Positions 28,347-33,787 of a DNA stretch of 33,787 nt are shown piece by piece. Position numbers and translations under genes: made by a program. How positions within the stretch are numbered: position 1 is the first letter of the stretch; every line of letters begins with the position of its first letter. The DNA is from Verrucomicrobiales bacterium (GTDB lineage: Bacteria; Verrucomicrobiota; Verrucomicrobiia; Verrucomicrobiales; V1-33), in contig JANOAV010000080.1 in the NCBI GenBank assembly GCA_031411295.1, positions 1 to 33,787 of the forward strand, written 5' to 3'. The notes under the pieces are model-generated. The model did no database searches, was not told where the DNA came from, and worked only from the letters and a program-made list of their open reading frames with translations.

Positions 28347-28996
28347 GGTTTGGAATTAGTCGAAGGAGATGCAGCGGCTTTTGACAATGGCTTGTGCTTC
28401 AGTGCTGCAAACGTCCGATACGCCAGCATTTTCAAAAACCGCCCGCTCTGCTCGGGTTCCGTTCCCGTATAGCCAGGCAGGGCACGAACCCCCAATCCTG
28501 CCCAACCTAACGTGGTAGTGCCTGAGTAGGAAGCGTCCACCATCGTCTTGCGGGATCTCTGTGCGGACGGTGCCAGTGAGAAGACAAAGCCATGATCCTC
28601 CTGAACCACGGTCGGCACTACGCCAGCAGTAAGAAACGTGAGCGCTGGGATGACCGCCGTGCCATGGATGCTCTTTTCCACGGTCGCGATCAAATCAGGG
28701 GGCTGACGAAAGGACGCCAGCGGCTCCACCTTCGAGAAAACGCTGGAGGCTTTGAGGACAGCGGTGAGATGGTCAGAATAAACCGGATGCATGTAGGGCG
28801 CTACGCCGACCGAATACGGCAGGGGAAGCTCCGCCAGTCGTTTGCTTTGCTCCGCTGTTAGTCGAGGAGGCAACGGAGCACTGACACATCCCACAAGAGG
28901 ACCAAGGATGACCGCCGCCAATAAAGCATGGACAGCTCTTGGCACGAAGCCGGTGGAACTATTGCGGGGCGTGATGGATGAGTGATGATTGGGCAT
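28343..28996 (-). CDS. Hypothetical lipoprotein
   Basis: Hydrophobic stretch ending in lipobox LVGC; internal hydrophobic hairpin LTFLTAGVVPT. Confidence 0.65.
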   Translation of the reverse strand: MPNHHSSITPRNSSTGFVPRAVHALLAAVILGPLVGCVSAPLPPRLTAEQSKRLAELPLPYSVGVAPYMHPVYSDHLTAVLKASSVFSKVEPLASFRQPPDLIATVEKSIHGTAVIPALTFLTAGVVPTVVQEDHGFVFSLAPSAQRSRKTMVDASYSGTTTLGWAGLGVRALPGYTGTEPEQSGRFLKMLAYRTFAALKHKPLSKAAASPSTNSKP

Positions 28997-29128
28997 AATC
29001 TCACCATTGTAGCAAAGCGTGGGCTCGTGTCACCTCGCCAATATTAGGGAGGACGCAAGACGCTGCGTTTGGCAGAACTCGAGGTAAAATGTCGCCATTT
29101 GCCGCAAGGTAGCGCATCGACTAACGGA

Positions 29129-29926
29129 ATGAAATTCACCCACCTCTGCCTTCTCACGGTTCTCTTGACACCCAGCGTGTCGGGGCAGGAAGCGCCTGGG
29201 ATTGAGCGCCTGGCGTTTTGGGCGTGGGAAACTTCTGCGCAACTCGACCGAGACCTGAAGGCCATTGATCACGAGATGGCGGAACTGCCCGCGATAGCTG
29301 CAACCAACACCTGCCTCAGAGTCGGGTTCAAAACCGCCCTGACCACAGGCGACAATCTTCATTGGCTGGAGGTGGAACTGCCCGCAGAAACATTGACCGA
29401 CACCGTGGTGCTCGCACCAGCCGTGGCGAAGGCCGCCACTGCGATCGTTGCTGGCTATGGCTTTCCGGTGCGTTTCGTGGTCGAAGCATTCGATGCCGGA
29501 GGGCGCGCGACCGTTGTGCTCGACAGCATCCGCATCACCGTATTCGAAGACGAAGCGAAAATTTGCGAAGCCATCCGCGCTGGAGCCAGTGGCTATCTGC
29601 TCAAAACCGCCGGAGCCCAACTCGTCGCTCAAGCCATTTTGGAAGCCGCCAACGGAGGTTCCCCGATGTCACCCAGCATTGCCAGTCGCGTCGTGTCGCT
29701 GTTGGCAAAGTTGATGAAACCGCTGCCTCAGAAAGTCGCGCTCTCCCCACGGGAGCAGGAACTCCTCACCCTTATGGTCGAAGGCTTGACCGCCAAAGAG
29801 ATTGCTGATCGCATGAACGTCAGCATCCACACCACCGGCACCCACACCAAGAAACGCTTCACAAAACTAGAAGTCCACAGCCAAGCCGCCTCAGTGGCTC
29901 GGTCGCTGCGGGATGAACTCGTATGA
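29129..29926 (+). pseudogene. In-frame chimera: exported sensor-kinase-like N-terminus joined to the C-terminal part of a NarL/LuxR response regulator
   Basis: Signal peptide and WLEVEL...TVVLAP...GYGFPVRF up to about 29530, then ITVFEDEAKICEAIRAGASGYLLK...GGSPMSPSIA...LSPREQELL...GLTAKEIA. The first half of the receiver domain, including the phospho-Asp, is missing. Confidence 0.75.
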
Positions 29927-29940
29927 CGGGGAACGCCTGG

Positions 29941-30669
29941 CTACCCTCGGTTGCGCTGAGTCCGTTGGTTCAGTTCGCGGGAGCTGCCACTAAGGCATCT
30001 GTTTCGCCTTAAGAAGAGCATGAATGTTCCGACGGCCACCGCTTCGATACAATCAGGCTCCGGAATGGCGGTGGCTTGAATAGCAAATAAGCAAGGTTCC
30101 TGATGCTCAAACGTCCAACTGAGCCCCGTATCCGATGAGTAAGCAAACCCGTCGGAAATAGCCCAATCAGTGGAACCAGACTGGGCAAACGTGTTTGTGG
30201 CGCTCCAACCGTAGCCGATGTTGAGACCGTCAGAAGATGAGGTAGAGGAAGTTACACTCAACCAATAGCTGCTTCCGGGGAGCAGCACGAATTCTGACAC
30301 AGGAATGAAGGTGTAGTTGCTGACGGATAAAAGGATTGGGTCAGGGCCAGAAAAGCTACTCACATGTTCTCCGACCATTCCCGCAGCGTCTGAACGCAGT
30401 TCAACGGAAAAATCTCGAGCAGTGGCAAACGAGGCCGAAATGCGTAATTCCACCCTGTCCAATCTCCACGGTCCTGTCTGGCTACCGACAGTAAATTGCA
30501 TTGCGATTCTTACCCCATCAGTCACAGCTATGCCGCCTACCTCCGCCTGATCAAGATTAGAAACCACGGTGGCGGCATGAAGGTCTACGTCGAATAATTT
30601 GCACGCCAACATTAGGGTCGCGACGCGTAGGGTATTTTCATGGTGGGAATGCATGGCGCGGCAGGACAT
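29941..30669 (-). CDS. PEP-CTERM protein with choice-of-anchor R-like domain
   Basis: AATVVSNL...AMQFTVG...LLPGSSYWL, C-terminal AIPEP + hydrophobic stretch + RRNR. Start codon uncertain. Confidence 0.7.
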   Translation of the reverse strand: MSCRAMHSHHENTLRVATLMLACKLFDVDLHAATVVSNLDQAEVGGIAVTDGVRIAMQFTVGSQTGPWRLDRVELRISASFATARDFSVELRSDAAGMVGEHVSSFSGPDPILLSVSNYTFIPVSEFVLLPGSSYWLSVTSSTSSSDGLNIGYGWSATNTFAQSGSTDWAISDGFAYSSDTGLSWTFEHQEPCLFAIQATAIPEPDCIEAVAVGTFMLFLRRNRCLSGSSRELNQRTQRNRG

Positions 30670-30684
30670 TGAGGTAATTTAAAT

Positions 30685-32082
30685 TCAAATTTTCTCGCGC
30701 ACCTTGGCGATCACTTGCTGCACCTCGGTCCACGGCACGTTGTGCGGGAAAGTTTGGTTCTTCGCAGCTACGGCAGCGGTGGCTCCGGCTGCCTCGCCCA
30801 TGGCGACGGAATTGCCAGTGACGCGATAACTGGCGTGGGCAATAAAATCACCACTAATGCAACGGCCCGCCATCATGAGGCCATCCACGTCCTTGGCGAT
30901 GAGGGCGCGCAGGGGGATGTCATACGGTTTCACTTTAACGCCACGACCGCTGTAGGGCGAGGTCTTGTTGCCTTCGGCAGTCATCGCGTGGATGTCCACG
31001 GGGAACGTGGGGCGCACCACCGCGTCGTCTTGACGGGCACCATTCACCACGTCGTCTTTGGTGACGATGTAGCGGCCCAAAATGCGTCGTCCATCCCGAA
31101 TACCGATTTGCTCGGGGGTGGCGATTAGTTGCACGCCGGTCCAGGCACCGCCGAGTTTCCGCAGACCGCGGACGATTTGATGGAGTTCGCTGCGCGCTCG
31201 TATGGTGGCTGCGCTGACGGCGGCGGCATCGGTGGCGTTGATGCCGTATTCGTGATTCATCATCACGAGCAGGAGGTTGTCCCGCACGCAGAACAGGGTA
31301 GGTTTACCATAGCTGGGATCAATGCCGGTGCGGCGAATTTCGCGCAACAGCGCCAGCTTGTCGGCTTCGTTCTTGGCCGCCGGGCCTTCGTGCAGCACTT
31401 CTTTCAAGGCACTGGCGTCCTTCACCACCAACAGCGCGTTCATGCTCATCGGTTGGCACGGACACGCCTTCGCTTCACCAATTTCAAATTCGCAACCCGC
31501 CAGCGCACCGAGGTCGCCATCGCCTGTGGTGTCGATGAAAACGGGCGCTCGCCATGCCTCACGACCGGATTTGGACTCGGTAATGATCGTGGTTAAAGCA
31601 CGCCCTTCGCGATAAGCGGCAGCAACACGCGTGTGCAATTGAACCCTCACGTTGGCGGCATCGCAGAGTTCCTCCAGCAGCACCTTCATTTCCTCTGGAT
31701 GATAGCAAAGCCCGTCTTGCCCTACCGGCGGGATGGCATCGCGCTCGCGCAACCGACGCACGAGTTCCTGATTGAAACCTGGTTTATCAAAATCCAGCAG
31801 GTAACCCAGCAGCGACGAAGTCCATACGCCCCCGAGCGATCCATGCAGTTCGAACAAGCGCACCTTCGCCCCTGCCCGTGCCGCTGTGATGGCGGCCGTG
31901 ACGCCCGCAGGACCGGCACCACAGACGATGACATCAGCATCGATGTTGAGCGGTAAATCGCGAGCAACTTCGTGAAATGAGGCCGATGATGTGGTCTGTG
32001 AGACTGGCAACACATGACCAGCACCCGCGCCTGAGGCAGCAGCAAGGGTGGTGAGAAATTGTCGTCGAGTGGGTTTGTTCAT
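30685..32082 (-). CDS. Tat-exported FAD-dependent oxidoreductase (FAD_oxidored family)
   Basis: TRRQFL signal, DVIVCGAGPAG, FIDTTGDGDL, GIRDGRRILG, YDIPLRALI, AGRCISGD...ASYRV, MGEAAG. Confidence 0.92.
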   Translation of the reverse strand: MNKPTRRQFLTTLAAASGAGAGHVLPVSQTTSSASFHEVARDLPLNIDADVIVCGAGPAGVTAAITAARAGAKVRLFELHGSLGGVWTSSLLGYLLDFDKPGFNQELVRRLRERDAIPPVGQDGLCYHPEEMKVLLEELCDAANVRVQLHTRVAAAYREGRALTTIITESKSGREAWRAPVFIDTTGDGDLGALAGCEFEIGEAKACPCQPMSMNALLVVKDASALKEVLHEGPAAKNEADKLALLREIRRTGIDPSYGKPTLFCVRDNLLLVMMNHEYGINATDAAAVSAATIRARSELHQIVRGLRKLGGAWTGVQLIATPEQIGIRDGRRILGRYIVTKDDVVNGARQDDAVVRPTFPVDIHAMTAEGNKTSPYSGRGVKVKPYDIPLRALIAKDVDGLMMAGRCISGDFIAHASYRVTGNSVAMGEAAGATAAVAAKNQTFPHNVPWTEVQQVIAKVREKI

Positions 32083-32096
32083 AAGTTAAGTTATCA

Positions 32097-32372
32097 TCAA
32101 GGCCATGCTAATTCAACCAGCGTCACGCCTTGCCGCGCCAGATTGAGGCTGAGCGTGCAACGGCCATCCATGGACTTCACCTCAGTTTTGTCTGACGCAA
32201 CGGCAAGTTTGCTCGCCTCTTCCAGGTGGCGGATCTGTTCGGCAGTAGGTGCCTGCGGTGAGCCCAGAGCTTTCTAGATGACGAAAGAATTGGAGCGACT
32301 CTCGTCGATCAGGGTGCGGGTGAGCTTCGGCTCTCCAGCGGGCGTGCCAGTGAGATCCAGCGTGTTGGCGGC
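32097..32372 (-). pseudogene. C-terminal remnant of a GH39 beta-xylosidase-like gene
   Basis: Manual translation LIDESRSNSFVI*KALGSPQAPTAEQIRHLEEAS...LARQGVTLVEL; TAG at 32274-32276 where Trp is expected. Confidence 0.65.
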
Positions 32373-32597
32373 TGCGCATCGTGATGCCTTGCGCGCCGGG
32401 GTTTCCGTAGTGCAATGCGAGGCGCTCATTGAGGAAGGTGAAATCGGAATCCACCACGCAGCGTGCTGGCAAGTCGCGCTGAATCATCTCGTGGAAATAG
32501 AGCTGCGTTTCCGCGAGCGCAGCCTCAGCCAGCGCGTCGTCCCTGGCTCCACCAACACCGTGTTACCGCTGAAACGAATCCGATAGCGCCCGGGCCC
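32371..32597 (-). pseudogene. Two fused fragments of a DUF1592/DUF1588-type (planctomycete cytochrome-associated) gene
   Basis: PGRYRIRFSG (about 32542-32597) followed in another frame by DDALAEAALAETQLYFHEMIQRDLPARCVVDSDFTFLNERLALHYG. Confidence 0.7.
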
Positions 32598-32840
32598 CAG
32601 ATTTTGCAGTCTTTGACGAGAAAGTTCTGACAGCCGAAGCGAAAGCCATGGCAGGACGAAATCAGCGCGCCCGCCGCGAGAGCGAGGATTTGATGGGGTA
32701 GTTTCATCATCTGTGCAGATGGGGTTTCAAATTCGTAAAGCGGCCTGTGGGGATTTTGCTGGCGCCTCCGGTGCGATGGGGCAGCGCCATGCGGCACTTG
32801 GGTAGCGACGGAGGCCCGACCGACCGTGGTTTCGCTGATT

Positions 32841-33787
32841 TTATTTCTTCAACAACTCCGCCATGGCCCGACCCATCGCCTCTCCGACGTCCATGTAAAC
32901 TTCAGCTTTGCCCCCGTAGTGGCCGTTGCCGCTGCCACCCTGTGCCATGTCATGGGTGTAGATGGTCGCGACGTTGCCTTTGAACTCGGGATATTTGCCC
33001 GCGGTGCCGTCCACCGCGAGATGTGCCTCGAGGATCTTGCCGCCGTTGCCGCCGCTGCCTTTTACGGATTCACCCATGGTGCCGAGCACGAACTTCGCGT
33101 TGGGGGCGTTGAAGTCCTTGCGCAGGGCCTTGATGAGCTGGACCAGATTCTTCTCGTAGTGAGCCGCCCAGACTGGATTGCCGGCGTCCTTCTCACCCTG
33201 CCAGTAAAAGAAGCCGGCCACCTCGTAGCTCTTCGCCCCGGGGTAGTGCTTGTCGAGATCCGCCAGCACCTTCTTGGCATCCGCGGTGTCATCGTCGTAT
33301 TCTTTACCGGCATACCAGCCTGCCGGTTGATCACCCTTTAGAGTTATGGTCCCTTCTTTAATGGCGGGGGGAGTTGGTTCAGTCCCTTTGGCCCATGAAT
33401 CCGGGGCATCGCGATAACCGGCATACACTTTGTCCCCTTCTTCAAACCGTGCGCTCCCCGGAGGTAAAAGATGCCAGCCGAGGGCCCGATTGCCGATGCA
33501 ACTCTTGAGAATCATGACGGGCGCATCGACTGCATTGCCGACGACATGTCCGATCCCGAACTCCACGCCAATGGTGGTTGACTTGAATAGTTGCTCGGGT
33601 TGCGCGACGCCCAGCCACTCGTTATGCATCAACCCGTTTCCCTGCATCATCCGCACAAAGCGGACATCTTTGCGCACCGACCAGTTGCCGGCCTCATCCA
33701 CGAGATAGGGATATTGCATCTTGGTCTTTACGGCATGCTCCAGAGACCCCTCAGGCTTGCCTTTGTCGCCAGCGTTAATCCTCCCGA
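32841..33787 (-). CDS. Sialate O-acetylesterase (SASA/SGNH) family protein, 5' end outside the window
   Basis: Frame is open to the window edge; IGVEFGIG, GFFYWQGEKD, LIKALRKDF, GHYGGKAEVY. Confidence 0.85.
   Translation of the reverse strand, partial: GRINAGDKGKPEGSLEHAVKTKMQYPYLVDEAGNWSVRKDVRFVRMMQGNGLMHNEWLGVAQPEQLFKSTTIGVEFGIGHVVGNAVDAPVMILKSCIGNRALGWHLLPPGSARFEEGDKVYAGYRDAPDSWAKGTEPTPPAIKEGTITLKGDQPAGWYAGKEYDDDTADAKKVLADLDKHYPGAKSYEVAGFFYWQGEKDAGNPVWAAHYEKNLVQLIKALRKDFNAPNAKFVLGTMGESVKGSGGNGGKILEAHLAVDGTAGKYPEFKGNVATIYTHDMAQGGSGNGHYGGKAEVYMDVGEAMGRAMAELLKK

Noticed and set aside
32791..32830. GTAGCGACGG...CCGT, a possible third REP family
   Set aside because: Imperfect stem and only one copy in the window.

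Overview
Bacterial accessory region. Gene families (Tat-exported hydrolases, sulfatase, PEP-CTERM protein, DUF1592 remnant, YHYH protein, ECF sigma with membrane anti-sigma) suggest a PVC-superphylum organism, probably Verrucomicrobia (inference). Left to right: (i) the 5' half of a class IIC group II intron on the minus strand, inserted at the foot of a GTAG-type REP hairpin; (ii) a small defence/TA patch with a zeta-like P-loop ATPase, a truncated GHKL ATPase, a 1413-aa sacsin-like GHKL + DUF3883 nuclease and higBA; (iii) a secreted esterase, a beta-helix glycosidase and katG; (iv) an ECF sigma/anti-sigma pair whose upstream 31-bp motif recurs with identical spacing before a YHYH-PEBP fusion + atypical sulfatase operon, with a phd-vapC module in between; (v) minus-strand secreted enzymes, including an FGase-BPL_N fusion bracketed by REP doublets, a secreted C26 peptidase and a threonine synthase-like enzyme; (vi) deletion scars: an in-frame sensor-kinase/response-regulator chimera and a mosaic of four gene fragments. 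No rRNA, tRNA, CRISPR array, integrase or transposase was recognised. All family calls come from motif recognition by eye, not from database searches.
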